Below, piece by piece: positions 13,001 to 26,681 of a DNA stretch of 64,000 nucleotides. Origin of the DNA: Podarcis tiliguerta (lineage: Eukaryota); NCBI GenBank assembly GCA_965153285.1, contig OZ229111.1; one strand, 5' to 3'. A program made the translations under genes and the position numbers. The notes under the pieces were generated by a model, which saw only the letters and a list, made by a program, of their open reading frames with translations, searched no databases and was not told where the DNA came from. Position 1 is the first letter of the stretch. The number at the start of each line of letters is the position of its first letter.

Positions 13001-13120
13001 GTTCTCCCCTCTGTGTGTGCGCACGCGATATTGGGGAGTCAGTGCACAAACGACTTGCCTGGGAGAAGACTGTCCACATGCCACTTTTGTTACAAATAAA
13101 GGGGGGAAACAGTACAAGGT
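10010..13120 (+). other. SLC48A1: Probable SLC48A1 3'UTR (end uncertain; ATTAAA at 11394, AATAAA at 13095)
   Basis: Directly follows the stop codon. The first canonical AATAAA I could find is at 13095-13100, followed by GT-rich sequence. Confidence 0.4.
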
Positions 13121-16100
13121 GTCTGACTGTATTTCTTGCAGAGGGAAGCCAAGAGGGGTGTGGGTGTGAGACAGAGAGGGAGGGAGAAACCCCTGTGGGT
13201 GGGGAGCTACTGAGCCAAGGAAGTGTGTGTTTTTGCCCCCTGGTAAGAACTGGTCTAGTACACACATGGTCTTGGTTACCTGTCTGAAGCCGTCAGTGGA
13301 TTTGGCTGCAGGGAACTCATGGCATCAGTAAATTCACACAAATTCCTTTTTCTTATTGGAGCAGAACAACTTCAAACAACCTTTGAAGAGCTTAGAATCT
13401 CAGATATGACAGCAAGGGTGTGTGTGTGTGTGGAGGGCTTCCAGTCCTTTAGTTCTGCTGTCCTCAACCTGATGCCCTACAGCCAGGTGGGGGGCACAGG
13501 GTTGGGGCAGGCTGGTCTGGTTTCTCTCCATGGTTAGCTGCAAGCCCACATTAGTTAGGTTGCAAGAAGCTGGACTTCAGTGTTCAGTTGCAGTGGGCAG
13601 TAGGGCAAATGTTACGAGAGACTTGCAGAGAAGATGGGGGAAGTTTGCTGTTTTGCACTTAGCCTTAGGTTGTGTGGTGGCATTATAAGTTCTTTTCCAA
13701 AGCTGATGTGTGACTTTTGCAAAGCAGATCCTGTTTGCGCTTCTCACTCCCCACAATTGTGTATTGAAAAGCCTTGGATCATACCTGAGCCATGGGCTAA
13801 AATGTGCATTGTGCTCCTTATTCAAAACTGGACAGCAGGTGGAATTTCAGTGCAGCATGCATACAATTGGCTTAATATTTTGCTTCTGTTGCACCAAATT
13901 GCTGTGCCTGAGTCTGAGTAACAGTTTCCTCTCAATGGTTGCAATCCTAAACTCACTTACCAGGAAGCAGCCCCACTAAATTTCATAGGATTTACTTCTG
14001 AGTAAACATGGTTAGGATTGCGCTGCAAATCCTTAAGCAATGTAATGCTTGCTTTTCAGCTGAGGGTTTGGCAGTGCAGAGGGGGCCTTGAAAGAGCCCT
14101 AGCCCATAGTAAACTGAATTACAATGCAGCAAACACATCTGTGGGGTGTACTGACACCTGCAATGCTAACAGCAATAGCAATGTAGGGTTGCCAGGTAGG
14201 CAGAGAAAAACCTGAACCTGCTCCCTTCAACAGCACTTTGAACGCAGAAATCAGGCATCACACTTGCCCCAAGTAATAGCAGCCAATGGGAGCAGGAGGC
14301 AGATCAGAAGTCGGACTGTGCTGGGTCATCCCACCCATGACATCAACCTGATCCTGTGGGACAGTCCCATATTTTCCAAGCTCCCCGTGTCAGATTGGCC
14401 CAGGGTTAGGAACATATGGCGCTCCAGAGGCTGTTGGACTCCCAGCTCCCATCAGCCCCAGCCAGCATGCCCGACGGTCAGGGATGATGGGAGTTGGAGT
14501 CCAGCAACAATGGCAGGAGCTTCTGCCCATTTACCTGAGGGCAGATATTGGAAACCAGATCACCATGTGGAGCGGCAGTGGGCACAGAAGGATTCTGGGG
14601 AGGGCAGGTAGGTGTCTGAGAGAAGAACTCTGCAAATGTAACTAATGTGGTTTGCCTGGCCTTTTGGCTTGCAAGAGTTATCTATTCCAAATAGTTTAAA
14701 CTAGGAGCATGGGCCCCTGAAGCATGGAGGCTCTAGAGAGTTGTAACGTATTTGCGGATGTTCTCTTTTGCTAAGGAAAGAGACACAGATCACCTGCCAG
14801 CAGGCCGCTTGTGCAGTCCCACAAAGATACCCGAGGAGGTCTTTCCATTTCTTTCTCAGCCCCCCTTTCTCCACGAGGCAGCTGGCAGCCATAACCCTGA
14901 CAAAAACACTCTTCTTCTGTCTTACACAAAAGCATTAAAGCAATCAGAAGGAGTGTGGCATAGCATTCTTGCTGGAGTGAAGGGCTAAACCGAATCAGAT
15001 AATAGAGATCCATAATTGAAATTGAAACACTTTATTGTCACTTGTATACAGTGTGATTACACAAGCACCCCCACTCAGATGGATATCACTCTTAATTTTT
15101 TGTAAGAGCACCAGTGTGATTCATGGTGTATGCCGGGGTGTGTCTGTGTTAGCTCCTTCCTCCTCCACCATTTCCCTTTTCTGTACCCCAAAGCTTTCCC
15201 TAAGTGACGTGGAAGCTTGTCCCCCTTGCCAGATGCTGCCGCACTACAATTCCCATCATCCCTGACCACGGGCCATGCTTCCTGCAGCTGAGGGGAGTTG
15301 GAGTCCAGCAATGTCTGAGCAGCCACAGCTTAGCTGCCAACAGAGGGGGAGGGCTATTTTCATTAGAAAATGGTGAAACCTCCCCCCCCCCCCAGGTTGT
15401 GCTGCCAACCTCAATTGCCACAAAATGGGGGGGGGGGGCTGCATTGACATTTCAACTCTTATTAACCCATTCTGACTTCTGGTAGCACAAAGGGTTTACA
15501 TTTTGTCCCCTGACAGGGTCCTTAATGCAGGCCTGCAGCAGTTTCTCCAAGGCTCCTAGAAGGATAGGGGGAGGGAGGCAAGAGTCAGGAATTTGCGGTA
15601 TAGTTAATACAAACTGTCTGAACACGGCACACCATGCAGCTCAATGGCTAGGGTCAAGAAAAAGGCAAGTTTGGCACACCCCGCTTGCGTACCTTGGTGT
15701 CCAACTTCACCATACTTGGGAAGAGGTGTTGGGGGGGGGGGGAGAAACATTTGTTTAGAAGATGCTGCCAGACCCTGTTTCAAGTCAAGTTTCCAAGGCC
15801 TCAGCCTCTGTCTTGGCGCGTTGACAGGATGAGGCGTGGATGTTTGCTTCTCCTCATCTGTGGATTTTTGTCACAGAGCCAAGAAGCCAAGAGATGCTGG
15901 TGGGAGGCCTTGATAATTGGAACATTTGGGATGAATTTGGATCCAAAGGGCTGGGACGGCCTCTCGGCTTTGATAGAGTTCCTGGAGCAGGACATGTGCC
16001 AAGGCTCTGTAGCCCTGCGGTTAAACACCCTGGCCCTGCAATTCTGCAGCAGCCAGCTGAAGTCTGGAGCCAATTACAACCGGAGTGAGTTTGGAAGAGC

Positions 16101-16842
16101 TCAGCTGAATTCTGTCTCTCTTCCACCCCCCACCCGGTTCACTCTGCTTTTGAACATGCGGGCCTTCTTGGAGGAAAAGTATCATCCACCCATCACTGTG
16201 GCTGACTATTGCCTGCCAAGAGGCCTCATTGCATGGAGAGCAGAAATGGGTGGATTCAACAGAGGGGCAATAGTCAAGCAAAGATTTCTGGACTAAATTT
16301 GGCACTGGAGTTCTGGGTGCTTTAACTGAAGCACTATGGGTCTGTGCTCGTGCAATGTTAAAACTGTCCAAACTGCAGAGTATCTCCCATACGCCTTCAA
16401 TTGAAATATATGGCTTTTCACCCCACATAGAAGTAAAACAGATAAAACAGATATGCTCCTTGCCTCTATGTAACAATTAGCATTAACTGCTGAGCCAACT
16501 AACTTTAAAGTTGTAAACTATTCAAGATAAAAACAAAATAAAATTAGAACAGACCGCAGTGCTGAAGGACAAGCAGCCATTCTCGTCACCATCCTCACTT
16601 GCACCACTGGTTTATATACAATAGAGATCCTAGATGAACTTCATATATTGTTTTCTTTCTTCCCAAATCTTATCACTATATGAACCCCTTAACCCACCCT
16701 TCACCCTCACAATTATATACCACTATGAAACATTTAAACGCCACAATTTTCAGTTTTCAAGGTTACTTATTAATAAATAGCGTATGAGACTGACGGGAAA
16801 AGAGGATTTGCTCAGCTACCAAAACATACTGCTTTATACATG

Positions 16843-16875
16843 TGCAATGTAATGCACTGGCCAGCAGGGGTCATT
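16843..16875 (+). promoter_or_regulatory. Candidate CTCF site with upstream module
   Basis: Core-like TGGCCAGCAGGGGTCA (one deviation from CCASYAGRKGGCR), preceded by TGCAAT at about the spacing of the CTCF upstream motif. Confidence 0.5.
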
Positions 16876-16929
16876 CATTGCAACAGTCTGCAATTGCTTG
16901 CCATTAAATACAATGCTCAATGTTATTTA

Positions 16930-17155
16930 CAGCGGTCCCTCGGGTTACATACACTTCAGGTTACAGACTCCGCTAACCCAGAAATAGTACCTCGGGTTAA
17001 AAGCTTTGCTTCAGGATGAGAACAGAAATCGCACAGTGGTGGCTCGGCGGCAGTGGGAGGCCCCATTAGCTAAAGTGGTGCTTCAGGTTAAGAACAGTTT
17101 CAGGTTAAGAACAGACCTCCAGAACGAATTAAGTTCTTAACCCGAGGTACCACTG
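16930..17155. mobile_element. Tc1/mariner (Tigger-like) MITE, complete, with TA target duplication
   Basis: TA|CAGCGGTCCCTCGGGTTA ... TAACCCGAGGTACCACTG|TA. Confidence 0.85.
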
Positions 17156-17729
17156 TAATTGGAAAGTGAATGAGAAAGGCACTGTACATGCAGAAACAGT
17201 GCAAACGTTTAAATCTTTCAATGTCCATTGCAAATCCTCCTCCCATTAGCCTTTCCTTTTTTATCCTTCCGCCAAGTTTAATTTGGCAAGTGTAGGTTTG
17301 GGAACACAAAAACACACAAATACACAGGCACACATGCAGAGAGAGATGCCTTACTCACTCAAAAAGACCCAATATTTCTACTGTTGTGGATTCACTTTGA
17401 AGTGATGCTGGATCATAGTTTTGGGGGATTGGCAAAGAAATGTTACTGTCTTGGAATGGGTGGGGGGTTGAAGGTTCTTTAATGGAACTGCAATGACTAG
17501 AGACTAGTTGGAGGTATTCCTTGAATGTTTTGAGTGAGAGAAGCCACTGGAACTGGGGAAGTGACTCATCCCTCATTGCCTGCTACCCTGGGATGGGTGC
17601 AGGGGCCGAGCCAAGACATTCATGCTCTAGGTAACTTATTGTTGCAATCTGTCTGTCTTGAGACAATGGAAGAGTGCTCCATCAGGGATAAAGACAAAGA
17701 ATTGCATAGTTATAGCACCTGCTATAGAC

Positions 17730-18395
17730 CAATATGAGAGAGACATGTTTTATTGCAGCTGAGGTGGATGAAGGCATCCAGTTTTGCTGCTGCAGATGCA
17801 CCATAGAGTGTCTTCTCTCTGTGCTCCTCCCAGTGGTCATTCCTCCTCTGGTCACTGCTATGGATGCACAACCTGTCTGCCACCACACACTGCAAGGGAT
17901 TCCCACAGGTCAGGGTTGATTTGCCAACCTTTGTGTCGCATCTGCAGACATCTTTGTAACGCAGGGGTGGCCTGACAACAGGTCTGGTGCCTGAGGCCAG
18001 TTCCTCATAAAGCACATCCTGCCATCTTCCATTCTGGGTACATGACCAAGCCAGCATTGATGTGGCTGGGACAGAAATGTGAACTTGCTCTGAATATAGG
18101 CTTGGAAGAGCACATCTTTGTCTGAGACTCTGTTCTGCCACATGATGCCCAAAATCTTCCTGACACAGCACATGTGGAAGGCATTGAGGTGTTGCTCCTG
18201 GTGGGTGCAAGTTGCCCATGGCTTACTTTCATAAAACATGCAGTCAGGTAGACCTTTCTCTTGGTATTGGATGCTAGCATCACACTCTCCCACACCCTGT
18301 CGGAGAGGTGAGCCATCGCTGTCGCTGCCTTGCTGATATGCTTATCCAGCTCAGTTTCAATGGAAAAGTGACTGGTTGTGGTAGAGCCCAGGTAG
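17730..18395 (-). mobile_element. RTE-clade LINE 3' fragment, degenerate
   Basis: Minus-strand frames give LNAFHMCCVRKILGIMWQNRV, WLGHVPRMEDGR and DVLYEELASGTRPVVRPPLRYKDVC, the RTE C-terminal signature. Confidence 0.85.
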
Positions 18396-20919
18396 CAATA
18401 GAAGTCATTTTAGAGGAGGGCTAAGGGCTAGCTGGCTGTGCAACTTGTCACCTTCCAGATGTGGTTGGACTCCATCAGGCCCAGTCAGCATGGCCAGTGG
18501 ATGTGGAACTTCTCACTCCTTAGGAAAATGAGGAACACAAAACTCTTACACACTGCCCAAAAAAGGGGGCAAATAAGGACATCGATTTGCATAAACTTTG
18601 CTTAAGTGTTTTTGCTGGGCAAGGCTGAAACCTGGTGGCCTGTGTGTGCTTGCTCAGCCTGCTGATGCATGGTGTGAAAGTGGCCTGTGATTCTCCTTGT
18701 TAACAAGTTTTATAGGATTTGACATCGAAAACCTGCACAACCTGTCTGACCAAAACAACAGTATGAGAAACAAAAGAAGTGTATTGTGCACACGTCTCTA
18801 CCCCTTTGACTCTATTGAATCTCTTCCTTGCAAGATTTGAAGGTAGGGGTTGTATTTATTTTTAAAAGGCAGACGATGCGTAGACAGCCAGAAGAGGGCA
18901 GGCGCCACAACAAGATCTAAACAGAGGAACTGTCTCCATTGGCGCTCCAACTAATTGCAGTTTTTGCAAGAGGAAAATACTTTTTCCAATAGAATTTCAC
19001 ACTACAGCATATTTTTATTCACCCATCAGGAATTCCTTGAGGCTTATACCTGCTTCATGCATATATTTTAAATGATGTCTTAAAAACCTAAGGTTGATAT
19101 CCTATGCACACTTACCTAAGAGTAAACACAGTTGGGGATCGGAGTTGCTTCTTAGTAATCACACATAGGATTTCCACTCTTACCAGGCAGTCCTATGCAG
19201 CTTTTCTCAGAAAGATATGCTAATATGTTCAATGTGGCTTACTCCCAGGAAAGTCTTGCAGAGGATTGCTTCCTTAAGGTTTCATTTTATGCAGATCGGA
19301 TACAGATACAGGCTGAAAACACAGAGCTTAATCCAGTCCAGCTGGATTATTGTTTTTGTTTAGTTTGTGAACCAGTTTTAAAACTGTAATGAAGAGGCAA
19401 CGTGTGTTTGTGTGTGTACGTGTTAAATAAAAAAAATAAAAGGTAAGAATTGAAGAGTTTGAAGGGCTTGCTAAGCATCTGCAAAACACTCTCCTGGTAA
19501 ATTAATGGAATTTACAACCTGTTTATTCAGCATATCTTGATTTGCTGGCAGAAAGCTTTACATGATGGTTGCACTATTACAGTCTTTACTGAGTATTCAT
19601 TCTAATTTGTTTATGGGGCAGTTATATGACAAAAAGCATTTCTGCTTATTTACTTGTGGGGTGTTTGCTATTTGTTCATTCTACCCTTTTCTGCACATTT
19701 CTCCATCTCTTTTCCGAAGGCAAAAAGTCTCCTTTTCTTTTCTTTTTTCTTTTCAAGTGGATTTATTACCATTGAAGTGAAGGCCCAGGACAGGTGTTGA
19801 TCATGATGCGAGCTGCGCACAGGTGGTCTGAAGCGAGCGAGCGAGCGAGCTACCACCATTCCTGTGGAGCCTCCTTTTATTGAGACAAAATATGCAAGCT
19901 AGGCAGATACATTTTTGGGCTGTGACCTTTACACATCTTCCGTACCGAGATCGTGGGGTAGTACAAAGCTATTTTGGCACCTGTTCCACAGCGTCATTTT
20001 CCCCTTGCACAGTGTATGACGTAGGAGACAAAGGTCTCATGGAAAAGGGTTACAGACAGGACACCGCAAACTGCTGAGATCGCGAAAGGTCAGGCAGAGG
20101 TGGAACGATGTACAGACAGCTGTGGCTTGTCGGGGGGGGAGGGTTCCCTGCACCCCAAGGTCACGCGTGCAGTCCGACCGTGGCTGCCTGCTGGTGGGGA
20201 AGTGTGCTCCCTCCGGACCCCACTCCCCACTCCGCGATATCCCTACAACCATAGAGCAATAAGGTGTTTGACCCACTTTAATTCAGCAAATCTAACTTTC
20301 CTGGTACGTACTTGATGCCCTCCTGCAAAAAAGGATAGAGTCTACAGTCACCTTTTAAATGTGTTTACCTTTGCCAGGATTGTGCCCATAACCTACAGAT
20401 GCTTTTGGATTGGGGGGGATCCTGCACTCACCAGCCTATAGCAGCAGCTCGTTTGTTCACCACACAAGGGCTGCGCTGATAATGCCTTTGCTGATCTCAG
20501 CAGCTGCTTTTCCATCCGCCAACGAGGGGTCCTGGCATCAAGCCCCTCCTGCCAGCTCCACAACAATCTGGTGCCCAACCTGCACAAAAGGAAAAGCATA
20601 CAGTGTTTAATGTCAAGTGGAAACCTGCTTCCTGAATACATTTTATTACACGGACAATGTTCTTTTTAAATGTGTCACATTTGCATGAAGTTGAAATGCA
20701 ACTGTGGTTGCAGTTTGCAAAGGTAAAGGGCTCTTCCCCCTGACCTATTTATTTCATCCTAATTTGGCTGCACGAAGCTTACTTGGAGGTTAGATTGTAT
20801 CCAGTTTTTATTGAGCATTTGCTCTGATTTGATTGTGGGGGCAGTTATACAACAATGAACAGCCTCCATTCATTCCATCCTTTCCAATGCATTTTCCTGT
20901 CACTTTCCTGACTGCATAA

Positions 20920-21070
20920 AGTACCTTATTTTTTACCCTATAGGACGCACCGTCCCATAAGGAGCACTTAGTTTTTTGGAGGGGAAATAAAGGGGGGGAA
21001 ATTATTTTCCCCCCTTTCCCTTGGACCACATCATCGAGGCCGGGAGGGGGGTCTTGACATCTGGGCAGCC
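20920..21070. mobile_element. Possible TcMar (Tc2-like) DNA transposon terminal fragment
   Basis: TACCTTATTTTTTACCCTATAGGACGCAC resembles CCGTATTTTTCG..ATAAGACGCAC type termini. Only one end was seen. Confidence 0.4.
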
Positions 21071-21865
21071 CAGGACCTCCATACACACTGTCCAAGCTTG
21101 TGCCTCAGGGAGGTCACTTCAGGGCTGCAAATGCAGTTGTTTGACTTCGCCCTCCATGGTTTCTTGAGACAGATGCCAACAAGTGGCTACAACTGTGAGC
21201 TGGAAAGCCCTGGATTCAAACTTCTACTTGGCTATGAACTTTCTGGGTTGTAGGGTGCCCCTGCGTGCTACTGTACAGAGCAGAGCCCTCTGAAGAGCTT
21301 TCCAGCCCAAATCTGATCTAAAGATAAAGAATCTTAAGATGGGAGGGACCTTGAAGTTGCCCATAAACCATTAGCAACTCCTGGACAGCAGACTGAGCAG
21401 GCAGCCACACCCAGGCCACAGTCTTGCCCTCTGCAGTGAGATGCATTGAATTTCTATTACCTTGGATTGCATATCTATCTATACCTACCAAGTAGCACAT
21501 GCAGACTCCGTACAAATCGGTGTCCTCTCTTGGGCATTGTGTAAGTGGCCATTCTACCGTATGGCTTGAAACAGGTCACTGTTGTCTCAGTTTCCCAATG
21601 AGGATAGTAATACATGCCATACCCCACAGTTGTAACCATTCCTGGCCTTTATGATGTAATCCCAACACTTCAAAGGCAATATAAATGGGCAAAAAAGCAA
21701 TAGCGCTTGAGACACTCCCATGGAATGTACCATCAGAGTCCAAACCTAGATGTAAGGCCTATTGATTTCAACAGTACTTGCTTCCAAGGAAGATGTATCA
21801 AGACTGTAGTGTCAGTGTCTGGGAACTGGGTCAGAATGATTCCCCATCACCCCCCCTTCCTTGCT

Positions 21866-22282
21866 TTTGTTGTTGTTTAGTCGTTTAGTCGTGTCCGACT
21901 CTTCGTGACCCCATGGACCAGAGCATGCCAGGCACTCCTGTCTTCCACTGCCTCCCGCAGTTTGGTCAGACTCATGTTTGTAGCTTCGAGAATACTATCC
22001 AACCATCTCACCCTCTGTCGTCCCCTTCTTCTTGTGCCCTCAATCTTTCCCAACATCAGGGTCTTTTCCAGGGAGTCTTCTCTTCTCACGAGGTGGCCAA
22101 AGTATTGGAGCTTCAGCTACACGATCTGTCCTTTGAGGGAGCACACAGGGCTGATTTCCTTAAGAACGGATGTGTTTGATCTTCTTGCAGTCCATGGGAC
22201 TCTCAAGAGTCTCCTCCAGCACCATAATTCAAAAGCATCAATTCTTCGGCGATCAGCCTTCTTTATGGTCCAGCTCTCACTT
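21866..22282 (-). mobile_element. Bov-B (RTE) LINE, 5'-truncated, with an 11-bp target-site duplication
   Basis: Encodes ESWTIKKADRRRIDAFELWCWRRLLRVPWTARRSN and RREDSLEKTLMLGKIEGTRRRGRQRVRWLDSI. (CAA)n tail. TSD CCTTCCTTGCT at 21855-21865 and 22283-22293. Confidence 0.95.
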
Positions 22283-24178
22283 CCTTCCTTGCTACTTCTG
22301 TATAAATTCTTTTCCTCCATACATTGTCTTCTCAGAAGACCAGGGACAGGAGTATTTGGTTTGTATATGCATATGCACTAATTTACGTTCTATCTTTATT
22401 TTGTACTTAGCTTTATAGTGCTTTATAGTATGCTGGTGTCTCAAAACAAGGTTTAACTTGTTTTGGTGGGCAGGTGAACCAAGCAACCCTGCTGAAATTC
22501 AGAACCAGATGTGACTTACCAGCACCAGGTGCAAAACTCCTTGATTTCCCAAGCATTTGAATTGTGGCTGAATTTTTCATGCATGCGCATTATCAAAGCG
22601 TTCCTTCAGAACACAGCACTTTGAGCATCATATTACTTTTCTGCCCATTTGTGGTACAGCACCACATTGCACAACAGATCAGCCTCTTACTTCCTTGCGC
22701 CTGGTTTACAGACCACTGGATAGACATGGAGAAATTGAAGGGTTAAAGTAAGTGACCACAGATGCGCAAATATGGTGAATACCACCAACTGTTTCTGCTT
22801 TTCCATACTAGCTGTGCAGGAGGCAGAGATGCAAAATAGAGAATTAATTTGTAATAAATCTGTTTGTTTGTTTTTTAAAAATACGAACAAAGCAAAATTT
22901 TGGCTCATCGGAGTCAGGGCACATTATACATACAGGAGTTACAAACAGGCTAGATTCATATGATGGACGGGCTATGGACTTGTTTTGGTAGGCAGTTTTA
23001 TGTTTTTGTGAATTCAGCAACTTTGCTGGTTATCACCATGATTAGAGAAAACATTCTCTCTCATATGTCCTATATACAGATAGCAAACTCATTCTTGGAG
23101 TGCTAAACCTTATGTACGGTAGTCAAAGGGAACCACAAGATTTGCAGAAATACTCAAAATATACAGCCTCCCCCCACCTCCTGGCCAAAGGTGCCCAATG
23201 AGGACTGTGCATGCTTAGCAGACGTAGAATGCTGATGACTGTTGCGGGGGGGGGGGGGAGTGAGGAATGGGATGGAATGTCTCAAAAGAGAGCATGGCTG
23301 GCAAGCAGGGCTTTTTCAGCTGGAACTTGGGGGAACTCAGTTCCGGCACCTCTCAGCTGAATGCGGTTGTCATTCTAAGAGAACAAGGGAGGTGTTCGTG
23401 GTGAGTTCTCACACTTCTTTTTCTAGAAAAACAGCACTGCAAAGAGTGTTGAGCAAAGGATTCCATTCTGCAACATCTTAAGTACAAATATCCCTTGCGG
23501 TGCTTCCAGACTCTCACTATTTCGAGTGCGATTCAATCCCATCCCAGAAAAATCAGATGGCATGATTAAAGCTGATCTGGAGTTCTTCTGAAACAAACTC
23601 ACTCACCCCAAAATATTGTGAAGCTTTTGTGATGAGGAAAGTGACTGGGGAAATGCACTCGTCACTGGGAAGTGTGGAGATGACACTTGCTTTGGACTCA
23701 AGGGCTGTCTCTTCATCCCACAAAGGAATTGGGCAAAATGGTCATCAGACAGCTGATGTGGTGTCACCTCTCCACCCACAAATCCGTCTGAACGCTCATT
23801 AAAAACAGCCCTTCTGGAAGTGACTTTACTGCACTGACAGGCTAAATGCTGAAGACGCTGTCATGGTCAGTTCTGGTTTTGTGTGGCATACACTCCATTT
23901 CAAAGTTGTCTGGCAGTCTGGTTACAAAAACAGAAAGCATTTTCTTTACTTCACTTCTATTTATTTTAAAAAGTAGAAATCTGAAAAAATAAAAGTTCTT
24001 TTAAAAAGTTAAATAAATTTGGTGATTAATAACCTGTTCAATGTAGTAAGAACCAACCTTTTGAAAATGGCAGGTATCCATCCATACCACTGGAAAGCCA
24101 GCCCAGGTAGGTCTGGCAGCTGAGCCACCCGACAAGCCCTGGCCATTCCTGCCTGTGTCTCAGTGCGCGCCTGAGGCT

Positions 24179-24194
24179 CCGGGAGGGGGCACTG
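24179..24194 (+). promoter_or_regulatory. Candidate CTCF site
   Basis: CCGGGAGGGGGCACTG closely matches the CTCF core consensus and lies in a locally CpG-rich, repeat-free stretch. Confidence 0.5.
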
Positions 24195-26241
24195 TGGCTG
24201 GCTGTCCTCCCCAAGGCGTCCTGCGCCTGGATCCCGTACAAGAGCGCAATGTGGAACGCGTTAATAGGGAAGGAGACGTTGCCTTTGAAGTGTCTCCCTT
24301 TGATGTTTCTCTCCCTCTTTCTCTCTCGCACATAATAAATGGAACCTTATTTTCTCTGTCAGACAAAGGGGAATCGCCCCCCTGCAGCCCCAGGCGCTGA
24401 CGCTCTTTGCTTCTCCCTCCCCCTCCACCCGCCACAGCCCACATGCCAACAGGGGCCAAGCTGGTGCTGAGAAGGAAAGCAGGGAGAGCGGCCAGAGCAG
24501 CAGGCCTGGCTTCTTTCCTCCTGGGGCGGAATCTCTGCTAGCAAGGAAATGCCTTGCGGAAGGACTTTCTGAGCAACCAGCCCTGCAGGGGCTTGGGGGC
24601 AGATGCCCAGGCACCCCACTCAGAGGACTTGGCATGGGGGGGGGGCAGCAGAGCAAGGCTACCTCAGCAAAGCTTGAAGGGAAATAGTAGAAATTTCATC
24701 TAAACCAATGTGGCCCTCCAGCCCTCTCTGTGTGGCCCTTGGAAACTCTCATTAGGCCACATGCAACCCTGTCTGTCCTGCTTGGCTCTCCCAAAGTGCT
24801 TTTGCCCAGCTAGAAAGTACTATTGAGCTCTGATACGTGCAGAGCAAGGCAAGCAAGTGGTGTGGCCTGGGGAGGGGGAATAGTTGGGGAGAGTCCTGAG
24901 GGACAGAAAGAGAGGGCTGAAGGACCACTTTAGGTTCTCTGGCCCGGGGTTCCCCACTCTTGTCTTAGATCTGATGTGGGGAACCTTTGGTGCTGAACTA
25001 CAAGTCCCATCATCACTAATCACTGGCTATGCTTGCCAGGGTTGATGGGAATTATAGTTCAGCAACATCAGGAGGACCAAAGCTTCCTCACACCTGCTCA
25101 CACTTGCAACATCTGCTAGTTCAAAACAGCAGATTGGCAAATGAACAGATTAAGCACAGTCCAAACAATCAGGGATCCCACCCCCTAAAATCTAGTCTAA
25201 TGATAAATGGTCTATTTTCCCACTTGGTATTTCTCCCTACTGGATTAGTGGACATTTAAAAAAAACCTACCCCCCCACCCCCACCCAGAGGCTAGACTGG
25301 ACTATTTTGCCCTCTCACACAAGCTTTCCATGGGAGGATTTTCTGAAATGGCTCAGTCTTAGAATCAGACTGCATGTGCCATATGTTTCCCCCTGAATGT
25401 GTGGGTTAGTCTTTAGAACCAGGCTTGGTCTTTCTCCCCTGATGCTGGAGAAAGCTAACAGAGGGGGTGGCCCACAAGCCTGGGCAGCTCCCCCCCCCAA
25501 CTCCCAGTCTCCTCCTCCTCCATCCTGCCCTCCTGACCAAACCAGAGAACAGAAGGTAGTGCTGGGCTGGCACTCTAGGGACGCCCTGCCTTCTCTGGGT
25601 TGCCTTTGCACCAATTTCAGCTGTGCAAACATCAGAGCTGTTTGCTTTTCTATGGGCCAGTGCTAGCCCAGCAGTGGCCAGTAGTGACCCAAGGTAGCTC
25701 CTTGCCTATATGCTACTGTGAGGGTGCAAGGGGAGGTCATGGCAGCAGCTGCAGGCCCCCATGGGATCCAGGCAACACTCCTTGACTGCCCGTTCTCTTA
25801 GTAGAGTCCTTGTGGCTGTTTGGCATATTCCCCTCCTATGAACAGTGGAACAATTCACGGGGCGCATTCATGCTTCCCTGCAGACGGGCAACTAGATGTA
25901 TCACGGAAGATCCATGAACTGGATCTCCAGGTTTTATTTTTTAATAGCAGCTGTGCATGTTTGCCCTTGGGTGGGTGTGTTGGCAGTGAGATGGTGCTTG
26001 ATTCTCATTAGAACCACAGTGCTGAGGAAGGGGTGTGTGTGTGGTTATTTGACATTTTAAGAGAATAATACTGACGCTTATTATTTACATTTCTCACCCA
26101 CCCTTCACCAAGAGGGCAGGTTACAACAATGTAAAATACAACATTAAAGCAGTTAAAAACTTATCACACCCGAAAGAATACAGTAGACCCTCAACTGGGA
26201 CTCATAGTTAAGCTTTCTCTTCGCTCACCACAAGCTGTATC

Positions 26242-26681
26242 TAGGGATGGGTGAATTTGTCAATTTTGGCTCCTCATTTCCCCCAAGCTTAAGTTCTGTC
26301 CTCTGCATTTGCATATCAGTTTGTGCCTTCTTGAGATGAAATGAAAATCCACCAGCATTTTAGTGCTAATTTCTCCTAATATGCACATTTGTGTATGCAA
26401 GTTTGCCCAATATACACATTTTTGCAAAGCCATTTCCCCCAATGTAATGCATTTTTAAACATTATTTTCACCAATTAAATGTTATTTCCATGCACACTTA
26501 ACTGGAGTATCTCTTCCTTTCAACATATTACTCAGCAGGAGCACTGCACTGCAACATTCAGATAAGTGTGAATTATGAAGGATGGCTGTGTTTCAGTTTG
26601 CACATTGTTTCAGCCGATGTGGATTAAGTAAATTAGTTCACCTTTAAATGTGAACTGAACCAGATCTCCCCCTCACTCTAA
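26242..26681. mobile_element. Non-autonomous hAT-type DNA transposon (related pieces at about 35860-36090, 36705-36900, 47947-48340)
   Basis: Starts TAGGGATGGG and ends in a degenerate CACTCTA. Flanked by near-identical 8-mers GCTGTATC and GCTGTAGC. Confidence 0.6.

Noticed and set aside
15685-16296. 203-aa ORF
   Set aside because: Runs through a poly-G tract, with no homology or exon structure I can recognise.
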